From the human T2T-CHM13v2.0 reference genome, Homo sapiens: a DNA stretch of 64,000 nt. Positions 45,101 through 61,300 of this stretch are shown here, piece after piece. Within the stretch, counting starts at the first letter, position 1. Each line of letters starts with the position of its first letter. The stretch lies in assembly GCF_009914755.1 (NCBI RefSeq), contig NC_060937.1; one strand, given 5' to 3'. Position numbers and translations under genes: made by a program. Below the pieces are notes generated by a model. It ran no database searches, was not told the origin of the DNA, and saw only the letters and a list, made by a program, of their open reading frames with translations.

Positions 45101-48100
45101 ACTATATATTATATACTGTACATATAATATCAAAGAACCCAAGGTATATATTCTATACTGTACAAAAAATAACAAAGTACCAAAAGCATGTATTATATAC
45201 TGTACCTAAAATATGAAAGTACATCAAATATATATTTTATTCTGTACATAAAATATCAAAGTACACCAGATATATATTCTATAGTGTACATAAAATATCA
45301 AAGTACCCAAACTATACATTATATACTGTACATAAAATATGAAATTACATCAAATATATATTATATTAGGTACATAAAATATGAAAGTACATGAAATATA
45401 GATTATATACTGTACATAAAATATCAAGGTACCCCAAATATATATTATATACTCTACATGAAATATCAAAGTTCACAAACTATATATTATATACTGTACA
45501 TAAAATATCAAAGTACCCAAGGTATATATTCTATACTGTACAAAAAATAAAAAAGTACCAAAAGCATGTATAATATACTGTACATAAAATATGAAAGTAC
45601 ATCAAATATATATTTTATTCTGTACATAAAATATCAAAGTACACCAGATATATATTCTATAGTGTACATAAAATATCAAAGTACCCAAACTATACATTAT
45701 ATACTGTACGTAAAATATGAAATTACATCAAATATATTTTATATTAGGTACATAAAATATGAAAGTACATCAAATATATATTTTATTCTGTACATAAAAT
45801 ATCAAAGTACACCAGATATATATTCTATAGTGTACATAAAATATCAAAGTACCCAAACTATACATTATATACTGTACATAAAATATGAAATTACATCAAA
45901 TATATTTTATATTAGGTACATAAAATATGAAAGTACATCAAATATAGATTATATACTGTACATTAAATACCAAAGTACCCCAAATATATATTTTATACTG
46001 TACATGAAATATCAAAGTTCACAAACTATATATTATATACTGTACATATAATATCAAAGAACCCATGGTATATATTCTATACTGTACAAAAAATAACAAA
46101 GTACCAAAAGCATGTATTATATACTGTACCTAAAATATGAAAGTACATCAAATATATATTTTATTCTGTACATAAAATATCAAAGTACACCAGATATATA
46201 TTCTATAGTGTACATAAAATATCAAAGTACCCAAACTATACATTATATACTGTACATAAAATATGAAATTACATCAAATATATATTATATTAGGTACATA
46301 AAATATGAAAGTACATGAAATATAGATTATATACTGTACATAAAATATCAAGGTACCCCAAATATATATTATATACTCTACATGAAATATCAAAGTTCAC
46401 AAACTATATATTATATACTGTACATAAAATATCAAAGTACCCAAGGTATATATTCTATACTGTACAAAAAATAACAAAGTACCAAAAGCATGTATAATAT
46501 ACTGTACATAAAATATGAAAGTACATCAAATATATATTTTATTCTGTACATAAAATATCAAAGTACACCAGATATATATTCTATAGTGTACATAAAATAT
46601 CAAAGTACCCAAACTATACATTATATACTGTAAATAAAATATGAAATTACATCAAATATATTTTATATTAGGTACATAAAATATGAAAGTACATCAAATA
46701 TATATTTTATTCTGTACATAAAATATCAAAGTACACCAGATATATATTCTATAGTGTACATAAAATATCAAAGTACCCAAACTATACATTATATACTGTA
46801 CATAAAATATGAAATTACATCAAATATATTTTATATTAGGTACATAAAATATGAAAGTACATCAAATATAGATTATATACAGTACATTAAATACCAAAGT
46901 ACCCCAAATATATATTTTATACTGTACATGAAATATCAAAGTTCACAAACTATATATTATATACTGTACATATAATATCAAAGTAATCAAGGTATATATT
47001 CTATACTGTACAAAAAATATCAAAGTACCCAAAGCATGCATTATATACTGTATATAAAATATGAAAATACATTAAATATATATTTTATTCTGTACATAAA
47101 ATATCAAAGTACACCAGATATATATTCTATAGTGTACATAAAATAACAAAGTACACAAACTATAAATTATATACTGTACATAAAATATGAAATTACATCA
47201 AATATATATTAGGTACATAAAATATGAAAGTACATCAAATATAGATTATATACTGTACATATAATATCAATGTAACCCAAATATATATTTTATACTCTAC
47301 ATGAAATATCAAAGTTCACAAACCATATATTATATACTGTACATAAAATATCAAAGTAATCAAGGTATATATTCTATACTGTACAAAAAATATCAAAGTA
47401 CCCAAAGCATGTATTATATACTGTACATAAAATATGAAAGTACATCAAATATATATTTTATTCTGTACATAAAATATCAAAGTACACCAGATATATATTC
47501 TATAGTGTACATAAAATATCAAAATACCCAAACTATACATTATATACTGTACATAAAATATGAAATTACATCAAATATATATTATATTACGTACATAAAA
47601 TATGAAAGCACATCAAATATAGATTATATACTGTACATTAAATACCAAAGTACCCCAAATATATATTTTATACTGTACATCAAATATAAAAGTTCACAAA
47701 CTATATATTATATACTGTACATAAAATATCAAAGTACCCAAGGTATATATTCTGTACTGTACAAAAAATATCAAAGTACCCAAAGCATGTATTATATACT
47801 GTACATAAAATATGAAAGTACATCAAATATATATTTTATTCTGTACATAAAATATCAAAGTACACCAGATATATATTCTATAGTGTACATAAAATATCAA
47901 AGTACCCAAACTATACATTATATACTGTACATAAAATATGAGATTACATCAAATATATATTATATTAGCTACATAAAATATGAAAGTACATCAGATATAG
48001 ATTATATACTGTACATAAAATATCAAAGTACCCCAAATATATATTATATACTCTACATGAAATATCAAAGTTCACAAACTATATATTATATACTGTACAT

Positions 48101-51100
48101 AAAATATCAAAGTACCGAAGGTATATATTCTATACTGTACAAAAAATATCAAAGTACCCAAAGCATGTATTATATACTGTATACAAAATATGAAAATACA
48201 TTAAATATATATTTTATTCTGTACATAAAATATCAAAGTACACCAGATATGTATTCTATAGTGTACATAAAATAACAAAGTACACAAACTATAAATTATA
48301 TACTGTACGTAAAATATGAAATTACATCAAATATATATTAGGTACATAAAATATGAAAGTACATCAAATATAGATTATATACTGTACACATAATATCAAT
48401 GTACCCCAAATATATATTTTATACTGTACATGAAATATCAAAGTTCACAAACCATACATTATATACTGTACATAAAATATCAAAGTACCCAAGGTATATA
48501 TTCTATACTGTACGAAAAATATCAAAGTACCCAAAGCATGTATTATATACTGTACCTAAAATATGAAAGTACATCAAATATATATTTTATTCTGTACATA
48601 AAATATCAAAGTACACCAGATATATATTCTATAGTGTACATAAAATATCAAAGTACCCAAACTATACATTATATACTGTACATAAAATATGAAATTACAT
48701 CAAATATATTTTATATTAGGTACATAAAATATGAAAGTACATCAAATATAGATTATATACTGTACATTAAATACCAAAGTTCCCCAAATATATATTTTAT
48801 ACTGTACATGAAATATCAAAGTTCACAAACTATATATTATATACTGTACATATAATATCAAAGAACCCAAGGTATATATTCTATACTGTACAAAAAATAA
48901 CAAAGTACCAAAAGCATGTGTAATATACTGTACATAAAATATGAAAGTACATCAAATATATATTTTATTCTGTACATAAAATATCAAAGTACACCAGATA
49001 TATATTCTATAGTGTACATAAAATATCAAAGTACCCAAACTATACATTATATACTCTAAATAAAATATGAAATTACATCAAATATATTTTATATTAGGTA
49101 CATAAAATATGAAAGTACATCAAATATATATTTTATTCTGTACATAAAATATCAAAGTACACCAGATATATATTCTATAGTGTACATAAAATATCAAAGT
49201 ACCCAAACTATACATTATATACTGTACATAAAATATGAAATTATATCAAATATATTTTATATTAGGTACATAAAATATGAAAGTACATCAAATATAGATT
49301 ATATAATGTACATTATATACCAAAGTACCCCAAATTTATATTTTATACTGTACATGAAATATCAAAGTTCACAAACTATATATTATATACTGTACATATA
49401 ATATCAAAGAATCCAAGGTATATATTCTATACTGTACAAAAAATAACAAAGTACCAAAAGCATGTATTATATACTGTACCTAAAATATGAAAGTACATCA
49501 AATATATATTTTATTCTGTACATAAAATATCAAAGTACACCAGATATATATTCTATAGTGTACATAAAATATCAAAGTACCCAAACTATACATTATATAC
49601 TGTACATAAAATATGAAATTACATCAAATATATTTTATATTAGGTACATAAAATATGAAAGTACATGAAATATAGATTATATACTGTACATAAAATATCA
49701 AGGTACCCCAAATATATATTATATACTCTACATGAAATATCAAAGTTCACAAACTATATATTATATACTGTACATAAAATATCAAAGTACCCAAGGTATA
49801 TATTCTATACTGTACAAAAAATAACAAAGTACCAAAAGCATGTATAATATACTGTACATAAAATATGAAAGTACATCAAATATATATTTTATTCTGTACA
49901 TAAAATATCAAAGTACACCAGATATATATTCTATAGTGTACATAAAATATCAAAGTACCCAAACTATACATTATATACTGTACGTAAAATATGAAATTAC
50001 ATCAAATATATTTTATATTAGGTACATAAAATATGAAAGTACATCAAATATATATTTTATTCTGTACATAAAATATCAAAGTACACCAGATATATATTCT
50101 ATAGTGTACATAAAATATCAAAGTACCCAAACTATACATTATATACTGTACATAAAATATGAAATTACATCAAATATATTTTATATTAGGTACATAAAAT
50201 ATGAAAGTACATCAAATATAGATTATATACTGTACATTAAATACCAAAGTACCCCAAATATATATTTTATACTGTACATGAAATATCAAAGTTCACAAAC
50301 TATATATTATATACTGTACATATAATATCAAAGAACCCATGGTATATATTCTATACTGTACAAAAAATAACAAAGTACCAAAAGCATGTATTATATACTG
50401 TACCTAAAATATGAAAGTACATCAAATATATATTTTATTCTGTACATAAAATATCAAAGTACACCAGATATATATTCTATAGTGTACATAAAATATCAAA
50501 GTACCCAAACTATACATTATATACTGTACATAAAATATGAAATTACATCAAATATATATTATATTAGGTACATAAAATATGAAAGTACATGAAATATAGA
50601 TTATATACTGTACATAAAATATCAAGGTACCCCAAATATATATTATATACTCTACATGAAATATCAAAGTTCACAAACTATATATTATATACTGTACATA
50701 AAATATCAAAGTACCCAAGGTATATATTCTATACTGTACAAAAAATAACAAAGTACCAAAAGCATGTATAATATACTGTACATAAAATATGAAAGTACAT
50801 CAAATATATATTTTATTCTGTACATAAAATATCAAAGTACACCAGATATATATTCTATAGTGTACATAAAATATCAAAGTACCCAAACTATACATTATAT
50901 ACTGTAAATAAAATATGAAATTACATCAAATATATTTTATATTAGGTACATAAAATATGAAAGTACATCAAATATATATTTTATTCTGTACATAAAATAT
51001 CAAAGTACACCAGATATATATTCTATAGTGTACATAAAATATCAAAGTACCCAAACTATACATTATATACTGTACATAAAATATGAAATTACATCAAATA

Positions 51101-54100
51101 TATTTTATATTAGGTACATAAAATATGAAAGTACATCAAATATAGATTATATACAGTACATTAAATACCAAAGTACCCCAAATATATATTTTATACTGTA
51201 CATGAAATATCAAAGTTCACAAACTATATATTATATACTGTACATATAATATCAAAGTACCCAAGGTATATATTCTATACTGTACAAAAAATATCAAAGT
51301 ACCCAAAGCATGCATTATATACTGTATATAAAATATGAAAATACATTAAATATATATTTTATTCTGTACATAAAATATCAAAGTACACCAGATATATATT
51401 CTATAGTGTACATAAAATAACAAAGTACACAAACTATAAATTATATACTGTACATAAAATATGAAATTACATCAAATATATATTAGGTACATAAAATATG
51501 AAAGTACATCAAATATAGATTATATACTGTACATATAATATCAATGTAACCCAAATATATATTTTATACTCTACATGAAATATCAAAGTTCACAAACCAT
51601 ATATTATATACTGTACATAAAATATCAAAGTAATCAAGGTATATATTCTATACTGTACAAAAAATATCAAAGTACCCAAAGCATGTATTATATACTGTAC
51701 ATAAAATATGAAAGTACATCAAATATATATTTTATTCTGTACATAAAATATCAAAGTACACCAGATATATATTCTATAGTGTACATAAAATATCAAAATA
51801 CCCAAACTATACATTATATACTGTACATAAAATATGAAATTACATCAAATATATATTATATTACGTACATAAAATATGAAAGCACATCAAATATAGATTA
51901 TATACTGTACATTAAATACCAAAGTACCCCAAATATATATTTTATACTGTACATCAAATATAAAAGTTCACAAACTATATATTATATACTGTACATAAAA
52001 TATCAAAGTACCCAAGGTATATATTCTGTACTGTACAAAAAATATCAAAGTACCCAAAGCATGTATTATATACTGTACATAAAATATGAAAGTACATCAA
52101 ATATATATTTTATTCTGTACATAAAATATCAAAGTACACCAGATATATATTCTATAGTGTACATAAAATATCAAAGTACCCAAACTATACATTATATACT
52201 GTACATAAAATATGAGATTACATCAAATATATATTATATTAGCTACATAAAATATGAAAGTACATCAGATATAGATTATATACTGTACATAAAATATCAA
52301 AGTACCCCAAATATATATTATATACTCTACATGAAATATCAAAGTTCACAAACTATATATTATATACTGTACATAAAATATCAAAGTACCGAAGGTATAT
52401 ATTCTATACTGTACAAAAAATATCAAAGTACCCAAAGCATGTATTATATACTGTATACAAAATATGAAAATACATTAAATATATATTTTATTCTGTACAT
52501 AAAATATCAAAGTACACCAGATATGTATTCTATAGTGTACATAAAATAACAAAGTACACAAACTATAAATTATATACTGTACGTAAAATATGAAATTACA
52601 TCAAATATATATTAGGTACATAAAATATGAAAGTACATCAAATATAGATTATATACTGTACACATAATATCAATGTACCCCAAATATATATTTTATACTG
52701 TACATGAAATATCAAAGTTCACAAACCATACATTATATACTGTACATAAAATATCAAAGTACCCAAGGTATATATTCTATACTGTACGAAAAATATCAAA
52801 GTACCCAAAGCATGTATTATATACTGTACCTAAAATATGAAAGTACATCAAATATATATTTTATTCTGTACATAAAATATCAAAGTACACCAGATATATA
52901 TTCTATAGTGTACATAAAATATCAAAGTACCCAAACTATACATTATATACTGTACATAAAATATGAAATTACATCAAATATATTTTATATTAGGTACATA
53001 AAATATGAAAGTACATCAAATATAGATTATATACTGTACATTAAATACCAAAGTTCCCCAAATATATATTTTATACTGTACATGAAATATCAAAGTTCAC
53101 AAACTATATATTATATACTGTACATATAATATCAAAGAACCCAAGGTATATATTCTATACTGTACAAAAAATAACAAAGTACCAAAAGCATGTGTAATAT
53201 ACTGTACATAAAATATGAAAGTACATCAAATATATATTTTATTCTGTACATAAAATATCAAAGTACACCAGATATATATTCTATAGTGTACATAAAATAT
53301 CAAAGTACCCAAACTATACATTATATACTCTAAATAAAATATGAAATTACATCAAATATATTTTATATTAGGTACATAAAATATGAAAGTACATCAAATA
53401 TATATTTTATTCTGTACATAAAATATCAAAGTACACCAGATATATATTCTATAGTGTACATAAAATATCAAAGTACCCAAACTATACATTATATACTGTA
53501 CATAAAATATGAAATTATATCAAATATATTTTATATTAGGTACATAAAATATGAAAGTACATCAAATATAGATTATATAATGTACATTATATACCAAAGT
53601 ACCCCAAATTTATATTTTATACTGTACATGAAATATCAAAGTTCACAAACTATATATTATATACTGTACATATAATATCAAAGAATCCAAGGTATATATT
53701 CTATACTGTACAAAAAATAACAAAGTACCAAAAGCATGTATTATATACTGTACCTAAAATATGAAAGTACATCAAATATATATTTTATTCTGTACATAAA
53801 ATATCAAAGTACACCAGATATATATTCTATAGTGTACATAAAATATCAAAGTACCCAAACTATACATTATATACTGTACATAAAATATGAAATTACATCA
53901 AATATATTTTATATTAGGTACATAAAATATGAAAGTACATGAAATATAGATTATATACTGTACATAAAATATCAAGGTACCCCAAATATATATTATATAC
54001 TCTACATGAAATATCAAAGTTCACAAACTATATATTATATACTGTACATAAAATATCAAAGTACCCAAGGTATATATTCTATACTGTACAAAAAATAACA

Positions 54101-54230
54101 AAGTACCAAAAGCATGTATAATATACTGTACATAAAATATGAAAGTACATCAAATATATATTTTATTCTGTACATAAAATATCAAAGTACACCAGATATA
54201 TATTCTATAGTGTACATAAAATATCAAAAT
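42150..54230 (+). repeat. Tandem macro-repeat, period 4274 bp, ~2.8 copies (near-identical from ~45370, first copy more diverged)
   Basis: ORF offsets 42480/46754/51028, 43027/47301/51575, 44156/48430/52704 and 45566/49840/54114 all equal 4274. Markers GAACCCATGG, ATTACGTAC and GTAATCAAGG recur in the last two copies. 102x42-10=4274. Confidence 0.9.
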
Positions 54231-55359
54231 ACCCAAACTATACATTATATACTGTACATAAAATATGAAATTACATCAAATATATATTATATTAGGTACA
54301 TAAAATATGAAAGTACATGAAATATAGATTATATACTGTACATAAAATATCAAGGTACCCCAAATATATATTATATACTCTACATGAAATATCAAAGTTC
54401 ACAAACTATATATTATATACTGTACATAAAATATCAAAGTACCCAAGGTATATATTCTATACTGTACAAAAAATAACAAAGTACCAAAAGCATGTATAAT
54501 ATACTGTACATAAAATATGAAAGTACATCAAATATATATTTTATTCTGTACATAAAATATCAAAGTACACCAGATATATATTCTATAGTGTACATAAAAT
54601 ATCAAAGTACCCAAATTATACATTATATACTGTAAATAAAATATGAAATTACATCAAATATATTTTATATTAGGTACATAAAATATGAAAGTACATCAAA
54701 TATATATTTTATTCTGTACATAAAATACCAAAGTACCCCAAATATATATTTTATACTGTACATGAAATACCAAAGTTCACAAACTATATATTATATACTG
54801 TACATACAATATCAAAGTACCCAAGGTATATATTCTATACTGTACAAAAAATATCAAAGTACCCAAAGCATGCATTATATACTGTATATAAAATATGAAA
54901 ATACATTAAATATATATTTTATTCTGTACATAAAATATCAAAGTACACCAGATATATATTCTATAGTGTACATAAAATAACAAAGTACACAAACTATAAA
55001 TTATATACTGTACGTAAAATATGAAATTACATCAAATATATATTAGGTACATAAAATATGAAAGTACATCAAATATAGATTATATACTGTACATATAATA
55101 TCAATGTAACCCAAATATATATTTTATACTCTACATGAAATATCAAAGTTCACAAACCATATATTATATACTGTACATAAAATATCAAAGTACCCAAGGT
55201 ATATATTCTATACTGTACAAAAAATATCAAAGTACCCAAAGCATGTATTGTATACTGTACATAAAATATGAAAGTACATCAAATATATATTTTATTCTGT
55301 ACATAAAATATCAAAGTACACCAGATATATATTCTATAGTGTACATAAAATATCAAAAT

Positions 55360-58300
55360 ACCCAAACTATACATTATATACTGTACATAAAATATGAAAT
55401 TACATCAAATATATATTATATTAGGTACATAAAATATGAAAGCACATCAAATATAGATTATATACTGTACATTAAATACCAAAGTACCCCAAATATATAT
55501 TTTATACTGTACATCAAATATAAAAGTTCACAAACTATATATTATATACTGTACATAAAATATCAAAGTACCCAAGGTATATATTCCATACTGTACAAAA
55601 AATATCAAAGTACCCAAAGCATGTATTATATACTGTACATAAAATATGAAAGTACATCAAATATATATTTTATTCTGTACATAAAATATCAAAGTACACC
55701 GGATATATATTCTATAGTGTACATAAAATATCAAAGTACCCAAACTATACATTATATACTGTACATAAAATATGAGATTACATCAAATATATATTATATT
55801 AGCTACATAAAATATGAAAGTACATCAGATATAGATTATATACTGTACATAAAATATCAAAGTACCCCAAATATATATTATACACTCTACATGAAATATC
55901 AAAGTTCACAAACTATATATTATATACTGTACATAAAATATCAAAGTACCCAAGGTATATATTCTATACTGTACAAAAAATATCAAAGTACCCAAAGCAT
56001 GTATTATATACTGTATACAAAATATGAAAATACATTAAATATATATTTTATTCTGTACATAAAATATCAAAGTACACCAGATATGTATTCTATAGTGTAC
56101 ATAAAATAACAAAGTACACAAACTATAAATTATATACTGTACGTAAAATATGAAATTACATCAAATATATATTAGGTACATAAAATATGAAAGTACATCA
56201 AATATAGATTATATACTGTACATATAATATCAATGTACCCCAAATATATATTTTATACTCTACATGAAATATCAAAGTTCACAAACCATACATTATATAC
56301 TGTACATAAAATATCAAAGTACCCAAGGTATATATTCTATACTGTACGAAAAATATCAAAGTACCCAAAGCATGTATTATATACTGTACCTAAAATATGA
56401 AAGTACATCAAATATATATTTTATTCTGTACATAAAATATCAAAGTACACCAGATATATATTCTATAGTGTACATAAAATATCAAAGTACCCAAACTATA
56501 CATTATATACTGTACATAAAATATGAAATTACATCAAATATATTTTATATTAGGTACATAAAATATGAAAGTACATCAAATATAGATTATATACTGTACA
56601 TTAAATACCAAAGTTCCCCAAATATATATTTTATACTGTACATGAAATATCAAAGTTCACAAACTATATATTATATACTGTACATATAATATCAAAGTAC
56701 CCAAGGTATATATTCTATACTGTACAAAAAATAACAAAGTACCAAAAGCATGTGCAATATACTGTACATAAAATATGAAAGTACATCAAATATATATTTT
56801 ATTCTGTACATAAAATATCAAAGTACACAAGATATATATTCTATAGTGTACATAAAATATCAAAGTACCCAAACTATACATTATATACTGTAAATAAAAT
56901 ATGAAATTACATCAAATATATTTTATATTAGGTACATAAAATATGAAAGTACATCAAATATATATTTTATTCTGTACATAAAATATCAAAGTACACCAGA
57001 TATATATTCTATAGTGTACATAAAATATCAAAGTACCCAAACTATACATTATATACTGTACATAAAATATGAAATTATATCAAATATATTTTATATTAGG
57101 TACATAAAATATGAAAGTACATCAAATATAGATTATATACTGTACATTATATACCAAAGTACCCCAAATATATATTTTATACTGTACATGAAATATCAAA
57201 GTTCACAAACTATATATTATATACTGTACATATAATATCAAAGAATCCAAGGTATATATTCTATACTGTACAAAAAATAACAAAGTACCAAAAGCATGTA
57301 TTATATACTGTACCTAAAATATGAAATTACATCAAATATATATTTTATTCTGTACATAAAATATCAAAGTACACCAGATATATATTCTATAGTGTACATA
57401 AAATATCAAAGTACCCAAACTATACATTATATACTGTACATAAAATATGAAATTACATCAAATATATTTTATATTAGGTACATAAAATATGAAAGTACAT
57501 GAAATATAGATTATATACTGTACATAAAATATCAAGGTACCCCAAATATATATTATATACTCTACATGAAATATCAAAGTTCACAAACTATATATTATAT
57601 ACTGTACATAAAATATCAAAGTACCCAAGGTATATATTCTATACTGTACAAAAAATAACAAAGTACCAAAAGCATGTATAATATACTGTACATAAAATAT
57701 GAAAGTACATCAAATATATATTTTATTCTGTACATAAAATATCAAAGTACACCAGATATATATTCTATAGTGTACATAAAATATCAAAGTACCCAAACTA
57801 TACATTATATACTGTAAATAAAATATGAAATTACATCAAATATATTTTATATTAGGTACATAAAATATGAAAGTACATCAAATATATATTTTATTCTGTA
57901 CATAAAATATCAAAGTACACCAGATATATATTCTATAGTGTACATAAATTATCAAAGTACCCAAACTATACATTATAAACTGTACATAAAATATGAAATT
58001 ACATCAAATATATTTTATATTAGGTACATAAAATATGAAAGTACATCAAATATAGATTATATACAGTACATTAAATACCAAAGTACCCCAAATATATATT
58101 TTATACTGTACAAGAAATATCAAAGTTCACAAACTATATATTATATACTGTACATATAATATCAAAGTACCCAAGGTATATATTCTATACTGTACAAAAA
58201 ATATCAAAGTACCCAAAGCATGCATTATATACTGTCTATAAAATATGAAAATACATTAAATATATATTTTATTCTGTACATAAAATATCAAAGTACACCA

Positions 58301-61300
58301 GATATATATTCTATAGTGTACATAAAATAACAAAGTACACAAACTATAAATTATATACTGTACGTAAAATATGAAATTACATCAAATATATATTAGGTAC
58401 ATAAAATATGAAAGTACATCAAATATAGATTATACACTGTACATATAATATCAATGTTCCCCAAATATATATTTTATAGTGGACATGAAATATCAAAGTT
58501 CACAAACCATACGTTATATACTGTACATAAAATATCAAAGTACCCAAGGTATATATTCTATACTGTACGAAAAATATCAAAGTACCCAAAGCATGAATTA
58601 TATACTGTACCTAAAATATGAAAGTACATGAAATATATATTTTATTCTGTACATAAAATATCAAAGTACACCAGATATATATTCTATAGTGTACATAAAA
58701 TATCAAAGTACCCAAACTATACATTATATACTGTACATAAAATATGAAATTACATCAAATATATTTTATATTAGGTACATAAAATATGAAAGTACATGAA
58801 ATATAGATTATATACTGTACATTAAATACCAAAGTTCCCCAAATATATATTTTATACTGTACATGAAATATCAAAGTTCACAAACTATATATTATATACT
58901 GTACATATAATATCAAAGTACCCAAGGTATATATTCTATACTGTACAAAAAATAACAATGTACCAAAAGCATGTGTAATATACTGTACATAAAATATGAA
59001 AGTACATCAAATATATATTTTATTCTGTACATAAAATATCAAAGTACACCAGATATATATTCTATAGTGTACATAAAATATCAAAGTACCCAAACTATAC
59101 ATTATATACTGTAAATAAAATATGAAATTACATCAAATATATTTTATATTAGGTACATAAAATTTGAAAGTACATCAAATATATATTTTATTCTGTACAT
59201 AAAATATCAAAGTACACCAGATATATATTCTATAGTGTACATAAAATATCAAAGTACCCAAACTATACATTATATACTGTACATAAAATATGAAATTACA
59301 TCAAATATATTTTATATTAGGTACATAAAATATGAAAGTACATCAAATATAGATTATATACTGTACATTATATACCAAAGTACCCCAAATATATATTTTA
59401 TACTGTACATGAAATATCAAAGTTCACAAACTATATATTATATACTGTACATATAATATCAAAGAACCCAAGTTATATATTCTATACTGTACAAAAAATA
59501 ACAAAGTACCAAAAGCATGTATTATATACTGTACCTAAAATATGAAAGTACATCAAATATATATTTTATTCTGTACATAAAATATCAATGTACACCAGAT
59601 ATATATTCTATAGTGTACATAAAATATCAAAGTACCCAAACTATACATTATATACTGTACATAAAATATGAAATTACATCAAATATATATTATATTAGGT
59701 ACATAAAATATGAAAGTACATGAAATATAGATTATATACTGTACATAAAATATCAAGGTACCCCAAATATATATTATATACTCTACATGAAATATCAAAG
59801 TTCACAAACTATATATTATATACTGTACATAAAATATCAAAGTACCCAAGGTATATATTCTATACTGTTCAAAAAATAACAAAGTACCAAAAGCATGTAT
59901 AATATACTGTACATAAAATATGAAAGTACATCAAATATATATTTTATTCTGTACAAAAAATATCAAAGTACACCAGATATATATTCTATAGTGTACATAA
60001 AATATCAAAGTACCCAAGGTATATATTCTATACTGTATGAAAAATATCAAAGTACCCAAAGCATGTATTATATACCGTACATAAAATATGAAAGTACATC
60101 AAATATATATTTTATTCTGTACATAAAATATCAAAGTACACCAGATATATATTCTATAGTGTACATAAAATATCAAAGTACCCAAACTATACATTATATA
60201 CTGTACATAAAATATGAAATTACATCAAATATATTTTATATTAGGTACATAAAATATGAAAGTATATCAAATATAGATTATATACAGTACATTAAATACC
60301 AAAGTACCCCAAATATATATTTTATACTGTACATGAAATATCAAAGTTCACAAACTATATATTATATACTGTACATATAATATCAAAGTACCCAAGGTAT
60401 ATATTCTATACTGTACAAAAAATATCAAAGTACCCAAAGCATGCATTATATACTGTATATAAAATATGAAAATACATTAAATATATATTTTATTCTGTAC
60501 ATAAAATATCAAAGTACACCAGATATATATTCTATAGTGTACATAAAATAACAAAGTACACAAACTATAAATTATATACAGTACGTAAAATATGAAATTA
60601 CATCAAATATATATTAGGTACATAAAATATGAAAGTACATCAAATATAGATTATATACTGTACATATAATATCAATGTACCCCAAATATATATTTTATAC
60701 TCTACATGAAATATCAAAGTTCACAAACCATATAATATATACTGTACATAAAATATCAAAGTACCCAAGGTATATATTCTATACTGTACAAAAAATATCA
60801 AAGTACCCAAAGCATGTATTATATACTGTACATAAAATATGAAAGTACATCAAATATATATTTTATTCTGTACATAAAATATCAAAGTACACCAGATATA
60901 TATTCTATAGTGTACATAAAATATCAAAATACCCAAACTATACATTATATACTGTACATAAAATATGAAATTACATCAAATATATATTATATTAGGTACA
61001 TAAAATATGAAAGCACATCAAATATAGATTATACACTGTACATTAAATACCAAAGTACCCCAAATATATATTTTATACTGCACATCAAATATCAAAGTTC
61101 ACAAACTATATATTATATACTGTACATAAAATATCAAAGTACCCAAGGTATATATTCTATACTGTACAAAAAATATCAAAGTACCCAAAGCATGTATTAT
61201 ATACTGTACCTAAAATATGAAAGTACATCAAATATATATTTTATTCTGTACATAAAATATCAAAGTACACCAGATATATATTCTATAGTGTACATAAAAT

